From Cirrosporium novae-zelandiae (Eukaryota), in the NCBI GenBank assembly GCA_026023565.1, contig JAPETS010000022.1, positions 1-64,000 on the forward strand: a stretch of DNA of 64,000 nt, in the 5' to 3' direction. The first letter of the stretch is position 1. The number at the start of each line of letters is the position of its first letter. A model generated the notes under the pieces. That model worked only from the letters and a program-made list of their open reading frames with translations. It was not told the DNA's origin and did not search any database. The position numbers were made by a program, and so were the translations under genes. Below, one piece after another: positions 47,563 through 61,569 of the stretch.

Positions 47563-48394
47563 ATGCCCTCCTCCACTTTCCTCCCCCTTATCCCCCCCAC
47601 ACTGCTCCTGGTCTTGCTCGCCCTCTCTACTATATCCGCAGCGTCACAGGCCAATATCAAACAAGACATGGCGAGCAGATACAGCATCCCCCGACGCTAC
47701 TGTGATGGCCACTACGGCCAACTAGCGACCTATCACCAGAATGAGGCTAGTGATTCCCAGACCACGGCATGTGGGGAGCAGTATGATGATAATGCTGCCG
47801 TGGCAGCAATAACCACAAATGTGGAAAATGGTAAGCAAGCAGCAAGCTCTTTTTTTCATGTGAATCGGGCTTTTGTTTGGTATGGAAGAGCGTACGTAGA
47901 GAAGATGATTAAGGGTGAACTATATAAAAAAAGAACCTGACAATCAAGAAACACTTAAGATCATACTAACTGGTTTCGATGGTGTGGGTAAACAGCAAAA
48001 GCATGGTGTGGTCGCCAAATCATGGTCACGAATGCCGAGGACGAAACATACCTTGCCATTTTGACCATCAAGGATGTCACTTCAACAGGTGATTTGGGTG
48101 ATTATGGCTTGGGTTTAACGTAAGCTCCTTTACCACGGGAGACATCAAGGATCCAGGTAGATATCCATTGCTGACACCTCTCGAATAAAAACAGACCAGC
48201 AGCTTTTAACAAAATCGTCCCGGTCCGAGAAGCGAGCAGCGAGCCAGTTGGACAAGCCAAGGTAAGTGACTTCTAGAACCAATATCTCAACCGAACGGGG
48301 GATGAAACAGGCGATACCATAAAGTATAGAGTGAGACCTAACATTAAAAAAATAGGTAAACTGGGTCATGCTTGATGGGGATCCATGTATCTGA
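47563..48394 (+). CDS. Small secreted RlpA-like double-psi beta-barrel (expansin/loosenin-like) protein, 4 exons
   Basis: Signal peptide, ATYH...TACG, AVAAI, WCGRQIMVTN, TIKD, LGLT|PAAF and terminal VNW; consensus introns. Confidence 0.75.
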
Positions 48395-51300
48395 ATAGGT
48401 TATTTAAAGCAAAATATGAAAATATTATTAGGAGTTTGTGTGCGAGGGCAAGGGGGTTCTAGATATAGTAATTTGAGGATTTGAGGGTTTGAGGGTTCGA
48501 AGACAGGGCATAACATTAAAGGCGCTTTTCTGTTAATATCATTTTTCAAGGTCATATCTCGGGGGTTTCTTGCACTTCTCAATCCTGTTTCAGTATCTAT
48601 GGCGTCTTGTGTGAGGATATTGATAGAGGGCCATGTAGTTATAATCATAGAGGATGGTTCAATTCCCCTGGAACGATTTCTTCAAGCGAGCAAGACCTTC
48701 TACAGAGTAAATAACTCTGTAAATGAATCTCGAGATTGCTTTAGATATCCTTGCTGAACATCGAGGTTGTACATATAGGCGAGATAGGATTCTCCATTAA
48801 AGAATGTCAACGTTAGATACAATAAGGAGGTTCACATTTTCTGTAAAAGCAAGGGTGGGTATCGAGTAGAGCTCTAGGAATAAAGAGACAGTGGGAGTCA
48901 GTCCAGGATAATTCGTCAAGAGGATAGATCCATCAATGTCGCTGCTGAATAAGAATAGAAGAAAGCTTTATGGAACATGATAGTATAGAAGAGTGTCTAA
49001 GTGATGGAGCAAGACAATGGAAGTCCTGACAGGTTGTAGCAATTAATATGTTTCCCTGTATAATTGAATTTGGAAAGGCTTCACTTAGGAAGGAAAAGAA
49101 ATATCATAGAGTTATGTATTTCATTACTCTACTACTCTCCCAATTCGCACACGCATAAATATAAACAAACAAACAAAGAGAAAGAAGAAAACAACAACAA
49201 CTCCCTGCTCTATGGGAAAGAACCTGATCCCATCCCATTCTTTCACAAATCTACTCCTGTCTCCTCCCGAACACGAGTCGACGGCATACACTATACACAT
49301 CTGAGCACCTGGCAAATGCATCACAGCACAAGCACACCATAGTACATCACACCACATCGCATCACGTTTGGACATGTGTCCAGGTTACTTTTTTGCAAAA
49401 AAAAAAAAGAGGGCCGCATGGCATATCCCCAAGGATTTAACATTCTCAAAAGAATATATCCTCAATCACCCGATAGAGACAATCCGGTCACATCTTCGCC
49501 ACACACAATCTAGTTAGTCGTTGGAAGCCTGCAGAAGAAAAGAAAAGGTAAAATAAAGTAAAATAAAAACAATACATTTTTTTGGTCGGAGCAAGGTATG
49601 TCCCATGTTGGGAATTTGTTATATTATAATCCGTAAGCTTAATATTGGAGGTGCAGATCGGTTGCATACCTACATACATAATCCCATACATATATTATTA
49701 TTATTTCACTTGCTTCCACCAAATCCAAAAGAAAGAAAAAAACAGAAAAACAAAAAGTGATATGATGATGCGATAAATACTTAAAATTTTCAATAATTAG
49801 TTAGTTGGTTAGTTAATTGGTCATCTTCAAGGTACTTCCTAGCTCTTCCCATTATTATGAATGTTCCAAATATCCAAATGGTCCAACTCATGGGAAGCCA
49901 AAAGAAAAAAAAGAAAACAACATCAAGAAGCCTCATTCTTTTTTAAAAAAAAAAAACCCCCTTCAACTAGCCGTATAGCATAGCTAGCTACCTAGCAGCA
50001 CAACATTTCCATCTTCCCATGCTTTCTCTCTCTCTCTGTTTGCTATCAACCTTGCTATCTATCTGTCAACCATGCATCCTCGGTATCTGTTAAAATAAAC
50101 AAAAAAACTTCCGATCCCTTCTTTTCCCCCATCCATCTGCCATCTGGCATTCAATAGGAAACAAAAAGGTAATATTGACATGGGCTAACACCTGCCAAAG
50201 ACTACCACCATGTTTTCTTGTCTAATAAAATTTGCTACTGGTCTACTGTAGAAAGAAATTCCCCGGGAATATCCCCCATAAGTGTACTACTAATTTGTAG
50301 TACAAGAAAGCCTCAAAAAACTTTTATGTACAGTACAATCATCTATCTATTACCCCCCCTCATCTCCCCAGGTAAGTAAGTAACAAGGATTCCTCGAATA
50401 ATTTTATTCCTTCAAAATCAAAGTTTTTTCAAGGCTCGCCTAGCACGGGCATATGGGAATGTGTAATGATTAGATATATCTATTTTTTTTCTTTTTTTTA
50501 GAATTTTCTAAGGGGCAAAACTAGCTTTAGGAGGCGTAACTGTGTAGCAGCAAGGGGGGACTTCCATACTTGGGACAGGGTGCATTTCTAGATGCAAGCC
50601 AACCATCAGAACATCAACCGACATGCTCCAGGTATCCGAGAACCTGGCACCGAGATTGTGGCTGAAAAGGTGACACAACTCCTGTAAAATACAAGTACAG
50701 TACCCATGTGCGTCTAGACCATCAAACCAGTCAAAAAAATAAAAAATAAAAATACCAAAAATACAAGTTCTCCAATCCGTTTAATTACTTAGGCACTGCT
50801 ATACATACACATCTTTACTTAGGAACAGAGACATGGCAAGATTATCAAATCGTTATCTTTGCATTCTGATTTTATCTGTACTTGTAGGTGATTCTACTAG
50901 GTCACTAGGCTTAGTTGAAACAACACTGTCGGCACATATAGCTAACATTGCTGATAGCGGTTAGGGTAGGAAGGCACAAATTCCATCCACCACATCCCGT
51001 AATCCATGTCCCACATGTGTTCAAGGAACCACACTCTTTTCGTTCTGATCCACTTCACACCATCCGGAAGATTCGCCATAACCCGTCAAAGCTTGGGCGA
51101 ATATCATTATCTCTAAAAAAACACCTAAGGTACACTTTCCCTTTTGACCGATGAGGCGAGACACGGGAAGGGTGAGTAAAGGAGAATAAAAAAGTGGGTT
51201 GAATAATCCATGAATTAAAGTGATTCGGATGATAAAGGTAGTAGTGTGTATGAGGAATTAAGGCCAGATTCGATTTGATGACAATGGGATGAGGTCAGTT

Positions 51301-51972
51301 CAGTGGGTATATTTTTTTTCACACATCCTTTCGACCTCTGCGAAAGCATAACATTGGGAAAAACCTCACGTCCTTGCCGTGTGTAAATGGCAGTGTTAGA
51401 AAGACGCCTTGCCGTATTTCATGATTAGACTTAGAAAAAAAATAACAAAAGAAAAGTGCTAGTAGGAAGATATGCAGTCCGTTTTTGTCGAGAAGACTTT
51501 GATTCTCAAATCTGGAAAGCAAGATCTTAGGGTATCTTGACGACATAGACACACTATCCACCATTCCCCACCACCTCCTAGCATCCTGTTCTAGTGCATA
51601 GGAGGGTAATATCCATTGGACAATGACAGCTTTATTTGCTACCGCGTCCCTTTTTTTTTTTGAAGATTTTAAAATTTTCTTCTTTTTAAAGGTCTCCCTC
51701 CTTTCGCCGTATTGCCGAAAGCCCCCAGTACAAACATTATGAAATCGGGAATCTTTGGGTATGATGAAATCACTCGATCCGCGGAAATGACGCTAGGATG
51801 TGAAAATGACGATCGCTTGCAATGCATTCTGAAAGAAAAGTCGACGAGGATATGGCACAGGGTGGAGATTATACAGTTGAGTACAATCGGTCGCCTAAAG
51901 CCACTAGGCCTGTAGGTATATAGGCACGGAGATCTTAAGACCTACGACCGATCGAACGGTTCTAGTGGTAGC

Positions 51973-53322
51973 CTATCCGTAGTACTGGTAAGCGAACCGT
52001 GGTTCAGACGAGGCCTTTGACATTTCTGGAGATGCGGGGGACATGACTTCGTCATCTTCTTGGTAAGCTCCTTGATCTTCAGTGCACATGCAGCCCCCTT
52101 CAGGATGATTGTGACAATACCATGGTCGTTCGGGAGACGGTGTAGGACTGCCTGGATGGAACGCTGCTGAAACATTCCCCTTCCCACCTTCAGGAGCATT
52201 GAGATGGTATTCAGGCGTAATTGGAGGAGTAGGTAGTGTATTTCCAGATTTGACCATGTGTCCAGATTTCGCGGGAGTGCCAGGGTATGACTCAGCTGGT
52301 GTGAGAGGAGCATTACCGTCATGGGCCCAAAGCCAATGAGCGCTTGATGGTGGATGATAACCTTTTGCAATAGCATCACGGGTAACCAAGTATTGCTCCA
52401 AGACCGACGAAGACCGTGAGAAGGATTCCTTTGCGTACTTATGAGCTAAGGGCTGAGGAGGCTGGTATATAGCAGTTGACAAAGTAAGCAGGGTATCAGA
52501 GTTGTACTGTGCGGCCCATTTATCGTGACCAGGTTGGAAGCGACCCAATACCACCCTGGCTAGAGCCAAGGAAGAACGTGCAACATCTGAAGAAAGCTTG
52601 GAGACGAATTCTTTGTGATATAGAGACATTTCTGCAATGTACGATGCCATATGCTCCAGTTCGCGGTCACAAGGTTCGTTCAAGAGTGCAACTTGCAAAA
52701 AAGAGTCCACAGTAGGATGCCCGATAACCCAATCAATTGTCTGGAGGATATGACCTTCCATCTGTCGGAACATATCTTCATCGTAGAGTGACGCACATAC
52801 AGCTATGAGCTCTTTAATCGTTGGAACCTTGTCCTTGCGATCTCCGTATTTGGCCGCTATCAGCAGAGAGCAGCATCCGACTAGTTGATAATGACGTTTG
52901 TAGACAACGCGCTTAGAGCAATAGCGATCGAGAATGTTGACAGCGAGGAAAAGGGTCTCGGGGAGTAGCTGAAACGTTGTATGAACCTCTTCTAAGAAAT
53001 TAAGAAGGAAAGCACGCATGTACCATTCGATCTCCTCTTGGATATTGATTGCTTCGACGTCAGGTAGAGTTTGGGTCTGGAACCATGTCAGTCATCATTG
53101 ATGCAATAAAATATTAATTTTCGAAATACTGACATCCATTTGTTCCATATGATGGAGAAGATCATCACCGTAATCGTCTTGATCCTTCCATGCCATTTCT
53201 TCCGCCATGAGAAGCTGACGCTCTTTGGCACTAATCTTGGATTGATCGCAATTAAAAAGGACACGAGCAACACCTTGGTCATTAGTTGCCTGACAAAGGC
53301 TTGGGTGAGCGAGTGAAGTCAT
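51973..53322 (-). CDS. G1/S-type cyclin (Cln/Puc1-like), one intron
   Basis: IQEEIEWYMRAFLLNFLEEVH, LPETLFLAVNILDRYCSKR, LIAAKY, and a PEST-like tail with TP/SP sites. Confidence 0.92.
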
Positions 53323-56300
53323 TTCGAAGAGAGTTGAATTCGAGATTTCACAGTTGTCGTTGGTAAGGGGTGGGGTTAGGAATTGGTGTAGGTTGATATG
53401 TCGAAAAGAATGTGGTATGTAATTTAAAAGAGAGACAGGATTAAACCAACACAAATAGTGCTGGTTGTATATTAGGCGAAAAGACAGTAAGTAGTTGGAA
53501 TTAAGAGAGTGAAATGAGCCAGGTCGAAGGTTTTACGGACTCTCAAGCTGGCCGGATGATCAATTAAAAGAAATCTCGAATAGAGACTCCTTGATCCGGT
53601 TCTAAATGGTAGGGTTATCAGTTCCAGCAATCTTAACGGATGAATATGAATGGAGACCATACCTGAGTTTGAGAGAAGGGACACCCAACGAGATAGTTGT
53701 GGCAGATATTCGCCAGGAACGTCTGCTGTAACCCTGAATAGAAGGTTAGTGACTGCGATTGGACGGTATCCTGCGTGCCGGTGAAGTAGAGGTTGTGGAA
53801 TGCGAATCGTAGCCACACCTGAATTTCGAAGCTTGAGCTTAACTGTAATAATCTTTAGTGATTACCTCGGATTAGATTATATCTTGGAGATACTGACATC
53901 GTAGGCCTAAGGTATTATCTATAGAGGGTACTTTTTGACCGACGATGACGGACGAATGAATTAGACTCGAGGGAGTGCAGGCTCTGGATAAAGAAAGGTC
54001 GATCCAAGTTAGCAAGTGTTGGGAGAGTAGTATGAGTTAACGTTTAATCAAAATTGATTCCGAGATGCTTGATCGCTTCAGTCGGAATTTAATTCCAGAG
54101 AGCACGGCCTTTTCGAATTCCACAACTTGTCAACCCCGCTCAATGTATGGGGCGCAATGCGAGTAATATCAGATGGATTTCAAATGCAGCTTGTGGTTCC
54201 ATGGTACCATTTTCAACCCCGACGATAAATCAATGATAATATGAAGACCGAGCATGTCTGCATATGGCCAGGTATTCCAGACAATCCATCAAAACATATA
54301 TTTCATACAAGGTTGTATGATATCCTTTCCTGAACATTCGCCGCTGTCGGAGCCTTGCCTTATGAGAACTAACCAACGATCTACCAGATATAATTTTTTC
54401 TTCACGTCCATCTGCTGGTATCCAATGTCTATGGTGTAGATGGGTTTGACCACCTAGTGCATCCTCCAATCATCTTCTACCGCGTTCATTGTCCGATCCA
54501 GAAATCCAACAGGTTGTGGGTATTGTTGTCTCCTCTTGTCCGGGGCTCAAGGTAGGTCAGGCTGGCAATGGCATAACGCTAAACAAATTGAATTAATTAG
54601 GCTTACCGATTGGCTGACAACCCTATAATCCAACCACTGGGTATGTTTGTGAATGAAAGAGTGAATGTGTGATCGACCTTGTTTTTTTTTTGAGTCTGAA
54701 TGACTGGTACCAAATCAGTTTACTTTGCACATGATAGATGAAGAGTGATTAGGCGGACCTTTACTAAGAGAGGGACGAGGGATAAGAGTCGGAACTCGGG
54801 CAATGATCGAGGAGGAAGGTCAAGTAGAAGGAGGGATAATTAAGGAGGAAGAAAGAGGTAGAGTTGGCGGAAACCTCAAGACCGGTGGGGAGGAGCGATG
54901 TGGAGAGTAATTCTGACACCGCTACGACACAATCAGGAGGGAGAACGACCGATCCTTTTAGACGAGCATTGGAGGGGAAAATTTCAATGTCGACGTTTGG
55001 GATGCTGTCAATGATTTCCTCTGAGAAATACAGAGGTTTGCGGATTAAAAGAAAAGAGTAGGAAGAGGGACAAAAAAAGACGGGGAGTGAGTGTGTTTCT
55101 GAGCTCCCTCGGAAGGCTGCTGAGGAGGACTCTGAGTAGTAGTAGGTTGAGGCTTTCGGGGTCTGGTTTTACGGAGCACAGCTTTTTTGGAGCCGACAGG
55201 GGAGGGCCAGTATGACAGGGAAACCCTAAAAGGATTAGGGTGAATTATTCAACCTAGGCGTAAACTGGCACCACTGGGCACCACTTTCGGCTGCCTTCGT
55301 TTAGGGTGTAGGGGGGGGGGGGGGGTTTGTGGTGATGGTCCTTTTAACAAAAAAAGTTCTTTGGTGGACGGATCGCTAAACAAAGCACCGAAAAAGCAGG
55401 CTCGAGCCCTGGTTGGTTTCGTTGCTATGGTTGGATAGTTGGATTGGTTGGATGGACACGATGGGGTTGGAATTGTTGGATATGACCAAGTTATGTATGA
55501 CCAGGGTATGACCTTGGTAATTCTCGCTAGGTATCGCTGGGTATCGTTGGTATTAATGGAGTATGATTGGTATGAGTGGTATGATTGGTATGATTGGGTA
55601 TGACAGTATGACGGTATGACTGGGTTATCTGGTCTTGGCTCCAAAAGAATACCTTCCAATGCCCCCAAAATTGTTTCTAGTAAGGAAGAAGCCACTTCAC
55701 TTCAAGAACGAACAAAAAGCTACACATCTACTCCACACACCAGGTTTGAGCGTAATGCGGGCAACAGCGGGTTAGGTAAGGATAGTAATAACGTACAGAT
55801 GAGATGGAATTCTTTGCATGCAAATGACCTGCTCAATAGCTTCTTTTTTTTCTTTTGATTGATTGAAAGATTGAGAGATTGAAAATGCTTTTCCCGTCTT
55901 CACCTAGACCTGGAGGAGACTATACTGCCAAACTGTGCCTGGCTGACAATGATTGATTGTCTGTCTGTGTCTGTCTTGATACAGATATGACGGACAAGAT
56001 ACCGTAACGCTTGTTTCCTTCTTTTCTAGAGTTCGCTTCCTTCCAACAATCGGAATCCCTCACACCACACACACACGCTCTCTTTCAAGAGTGTTACTGT
56101 TTCTTGGTTCTGCTTACTGCCCTGCTATTGCTGCTGCTGTTGCTGTTCGTTGGAAATCCCCCCCGCCAAACAGGGACTGACCAAGCGAACGTTTTAATAC
56201 GTCTGCAACAACAATAATAGTCCGATGCTGGGAATCAATCCTGTAGACACTAAAAAGGGAAGGAGGAGAGGAAGGACCTTGGACTTCTCAAGTTTCAGGC

Positions 56301-59300
56301 TTCTTAGGGAAAGGATATTGCAGAATAGCAGGTTGATTATTTCGAATAATAAAATAAAAGGACCACTCTTTTTGTTGCTCTTTGCATGACATTATGTAGT
56401 AGGACCTGTAGGGACCTGTAGCCCTGATGACAAGTTTTTTTTTTTCTTAACTAACTCTATTCACCAAGAAAAGAAATTTCTAATTTCTAATTTCTAATTC
56501 CACGAGATTTTTGACACCTCCTTGAACAGTCAGTCGGCATCAATGGATATGCCGGTGGAACCAGCGTAAGGGGACATGGCCCATAAGTTTCAATGGGTTA
56601 AAATTCTGGATAGTGTTGCGGGCCCCGGTTATGGATGAATATGTATGGATGGATGTATTATGTATGACCACAGTAGTCATGGGCTCCATTCAATACATGC
56701 ATATTCCATGGTACAAGGTCATCCAACAGAATAAAGTCAATATGGACGCGCTGAAGCAACACCATTAAAACACAATTCGCGTCTATCGACTGGATCATTG
56801 CTTCAATGCCAATTCCTTGATTACTTTTTTGGCGTGCATACAAGGCGTTTTTTGGTGTTTTTGGTGTTTTTGGTGTTTTGGCGACAGAACCACCAGGAAA
56901 GCCTTGACACGCTTTCTCATCGTTTTGTATGGCTCTTCAATATCTTCTATGGCTTTTACATCTTTACTCGAGTACAATTCTTTTTACACCTCCGTGACCT
57001 CCCATGTTCGCGTTAAAGGCCTCCCACCCCCCGCCCCGCATTAGAGCCAACAAGGGGAACAAGGTACACCAACCACACAACCAATTGATGACCATTGCGG
57101 CTTGTATAATTCTTGATTCTGAACCTGGCCTTGTTTTACGCTTGGTAGGAGAAGAGTCATCATAGATTTAATTCAAAATTCAGTAGTTTACTTATCTTAT
57201 TTCTTTAGAGCTGAGGAATCCTTCAACTGCAGCCAAACAACTTTGTATTTCTTATCCGGTTGTTCCTGTTTCTTCCAATATCTCATCCCAATAGTAACCT
57301 CTTGCAGTATCTGCTCCATTACCTGTTCCTTATTATCATTCTTATTATTATTACAACTCTCTGTAAAAACTTCTTGTATCCCTGCCTTTCTTGGCCTGCT
57401 TACATCCGCATCATCAACTGCCTCAGCTAGCCAATACCTTGATACTTGGAATCAACAGCCGCTTCTTGCCCCCAAATCCATCAAGCCGCCGTACACCTAA
57501 ACCCACCTTCGAATAATGACGCATTATGAAGGTATTCGGTTACTGTATTTGCTCTTTATAGCCTTCTGGTGGACTCTCCTCAGCCGATGCCTATTTACCT
57601 GAATCCAATCATCCTCACCAAGGTGGTGTCGAAGCGTGATGGGTAGAGCGGCAGAAACAACCTCGACAACCTCATACCACCATTCATACAAGCTTCATCC
57701 ATTATCCCATTTATATGTATTTACAAATTGTAAAGTTCATTGGGAGCCCCCATACCTATCCAGCTATAGACCTAGACTCAGACTTAGGCTGGGTGTTACC
57801 AATTTCAGTCCCAACAGATTTATCTGCATCGGACACGCACACATGCAGACTATACATACAACAGAAGATCTGGCCCACAATGGGAAATCTGGGACTCTAT
57901 ATTAAATAATAAAAATGATTCTCACCGACTATAGAAAAGCCCTGTATAAGGCTTGGTATATACTGTCTCAACTATTGTAAGCAAGTGGACCTCGATATGC
58001 GGGTCTCAATGCCTTTATTAGTCCAAGTATGAACTGATATAAAGTCACGTTATGGGGACCTTATAGAAAAATCAATAAAGTCGGGAAGGAAATTTTTACT
58101 GCTTAAGCTGCTTAGTTAATGGATCAAAGGAGTGGACGTTTACCTCATGGAATGGAAGAGTTTTCCCGACAACAGGTTAGGGTGGGTACGGAATCACGGA
58201 GTAATCTAGTAGAACTTTTAAGGGCTGGCAAGGCAGAAGGGAAATGATTCATACACTGTACTCAGTATAATAAAAAAACGGTAAATAATAATGAATGGAC
58301 CGGGGATCTACGAGTACAAACGCGTTTTTTGCACGTCAGGCGAAGGGCGAAAGGCACAGAAAAGGAGGTTGGATGATCAATTCCTTCAAAAGCCACATTC
58401 TCCTTAAATGAGATCTGACAAAGATGTACTGAGTAAAAATGATGATAGTAATAATACAAAGGAGAAGGAGTAATAATAATATTAATACGAAATATGAAAT
58501 GCGAAGTGCGAAATCATGTCTGGTCCCGAAACCATCAACTCCTCATCTCCTCTCATCTCCTCCTATTGCGGGTTTATTTCTTATGAGGAAGGATCCGCGA
58601 CGTGTTTCTACTCACAGTAAGTAGCTGCAGCACACAGGAGCTTTGACTCGGTTCTGGTGTAAGAAAGTGGTGCCAAAGCAAATACGGTGACCATTGGACC
58701 ATTGAACCACAAGCCTCGCGTGTAGCGTCAGGTTGCATCAAATCACAATTTCTTCAATTAATGAGAGCCCCGGCCTTTTCATACATTTCAGGCAAAGTTT
58801 GGGGCTGATTAATTGATTGATTATCTTGTTGCGCGATAAAATTGGCTTGCGAACGACATTTGGAAAAATAATTTTTGGGTCCTCTTTAGGTCCTTTTGGG
58901 TCTTTCCAGGTCTTTCTGGGTCTTGTGGCTTCCGGCCATATGGTCATATCTCCGCATAGTCATCGTTTGCTGGAACGCGACAAAACTTTAATTAAAAACC
59001 TCAAAGAATGAACAAGAAAAAATCAAATAAAATAAATTCAGGAGAGGAGAAAAACTCGTCATTGTCTGATACTCGGCTGCTGATCTTTCTCAAAACAAAT
59101 TTGTGGAAACATACAACCTTTTTTATTTGATTTTTTTTTAATTTCACTCAATATTTCTTAAACTTTCGTTTTCTCTTTCTTTCACTTTTTCTTCTTCTTT
59201 CTTTTTCCCTTACTTGAACACAGGGCTCAAGGGAATTTCAACAAAAAAACACGAAATCACATGACTTTAGTCACCCCGCCTCATTATTACCAAATCGGTA

Positions 59301-61342
59301 ATATTAGTCCTACCCCCTCCCGCCCACGCCTTCCACCCGGCAAAACCCTATCTCCTGTCCTATTTGGGAAATTCTCAAGTCCTAAAATTGTAATGGATTT
59401 GACCGTTGTGACATTTATCTAGGGTAAACTAATCTTCTCAATTGGTGTCATTCTCTAGCAGCAGGCGGAGATGATTCTAATTCATGCTTAATCTCCTTTG
59501 CCTTTTGACTGGCCTTATCGCTTTTCTCGTCTTGTTCTCAAATTTCAGGAGTTTGATCATCCAAGACATATACCAAAGAATGCCAATTCAAGGTTCTTGG
59601 ATGTTGAAATAATATCCAAGTAAGCGCTCTCCTCTACTTTCTGGTGTTGTTCCCCGTCGGTGGCCCACCGGGGGGACGGATATGAAACTCTTCAGAAACC
59701 TCGGCGTGTTGACGACATTCGTCTAACATGATACCACCACGAATCAGTAATCACAGCCTAAAGCAACTGAAATCAGTCGCTCTACCTAACTTTATCTTTT
59801 AAGGTTCTACGTTTACTATTATTCTGGATTCCATGGGCACAAGGCTGTTGAGTCATTCTCGGTAAACATCGGCTTAGAAACAAGCTCTGGTTACTATCTT
59901 ATTAAATCATCTAGCTGAATCCCGGGGAGAGTGTGCTAGCAAGGTTGATTTTCGTACTCGATTTGTTCAACGCATGATTGTGGCTCTTTTTTGGTTCAAG
60001 GTTATAAAATAACTAGTTGAGACATTGAACGATCTACCGAGCTATCATTATCATGGTCAGAAACTTACAAATCTAATAGTAGAACTGGAGATAGTCTGTT
60101 AGACTGAAGGTATGCTTCCCTGCTATGGCTATTCTATTATAATGATAGGAGTGTTTAGAATTGGTATTGCGGGGTAACAACTGGAACCTCTCTGGATCAA
60201 TTGTATACTGAACGGTACTCGAATTCGGCCAATGCTTTTACAATTTTTGCCTCATAGCCGGTTCAGACCTGATAAATATATAGGTTCGTTCTCCGTGAGA
60301 CAGTGGTTAAGGATACTACAAGAGAAACATTTCAACATACCAGAATGACTTTCCACTTCGTTCCCCGTGTCTAGGAATGACAACCGGTCAGTTGATGTCC
60401 TCACATCTGTAGTACTGAGAACTCCTCAAACCCTAGACCTCGTCGCTTACTCTCGGACAGCCACCCTTTTACTACAATATCGCTTTATTCCATGTTCTAT
60501 ATCGATTTTCGTTGCTATTGATATTCTCCAAGACCTCTATCAACATGTTATACTTACCGATAAATCACATTTCGTGTTGGGAATCGCGAAGGCAAGAATA
60601 CAACTATCATGGAGAGCTTAGGAGAGTTGTGTGAATATGGATCTTCCGTATTCAGGGCCCCACCCTATCTCATCCTATCGATTCAAACCCCCAACTAAAG
60701 TCCTCTCTTCTCATGCGAAAGTCCTTCTGGTATCCGAAGTCCGGAGCTAGGGTTCGCCTATGAAGTCTTGTGTATACGCATAAGAGAAGCCCCTTTTGTT
60801 TTCAACCTCTGATCATGTCACTATCAATCTTCTCTTCCTCAAATATACAGTTTTCTGTAACTCTAGGCATATCACTAGGCAGCTTGCATCGATTAGGCTT
60901 ATTCCATTCGATAAAAAAACATTTGTAGACCTATATCGGCATTGAGAGTATGATGATGTTGGTTCAATGTTAGATTCTAGATGTTGGGGATGCGGACCTT
61001 GTTTGAAATTCTATTTAATGCACCATCTATATGCTCTTCTCGATTTCATAGTCCGCTGGTAGGTTGTACGAGGAACTATGAGCAAATATAACATGTAGTA
61101 CTATGGGATGCAGATGATTCGATAGACCCTTATAGTCTAACATTTCCTTCCTCTTTGGCCTATTTAGATGAAGTATTATGCATGAGGTTGTGAATGATTT
61201 ATTTAAAGTACTGGAGATATATTAGGATAAACAAAGTAACCAATAAAAAGGTAATAGCCCTGTAATGCAGATAATCGTTGAGTTCGAGGTCTTTGGTGAT
61301 CAGTGCTCTAATGTTAGATCTTAGCGATCGCTTATTTAACGC

Positions 61343-61350
61343 TCACGTGA
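61343..61350. promoter_or_regulatory. E-box (TCACGTGA) upstream of UTP4
   Basis: Exact palindrome ~220 bp upstream of a ribosome-biogenesis gene, followed by A-tracts. Confidence 0.35.
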
Positions 61351-61569
61351 ATGGTAAACGCTCTTAGCACCGGCATCGGAAAAGGTTGATACACCGAAAA
61401 AAATGCTTTGCAAAAAAAAGTTGTGCGACTACCAGTCTTGGGGAGCTCCAGCTATAATATTGACTCAAACAAAGCTCCATAATTTGGATTATTATTAAAG
61501 CTGAGATGGCCATAAGGTGAAGTTATCCTGAAAACCTCTTAGACCTATAACATTCTAAATCTACTCGCT

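Noticed and set aside
48701..48721. 8-bp hairpin TACAGAGT-AAATA-ACTCTGTA
   Set aside because: Short and isolated; compatible with chance or a transposon footprint, with no supporting context.
55249..55695. 148-aa minus-strand ORF upstream of the cyclin
   Set aside because: Non-ATG start and built from promoter-type short repeats (TCATACCAA, poly-C); no domain.
59651..59676. GC-rich hairpin as a Helitron 3' end
   Set aside because: No CTRR terminus at the expected distance on either strand, and no other Helitron evidence.
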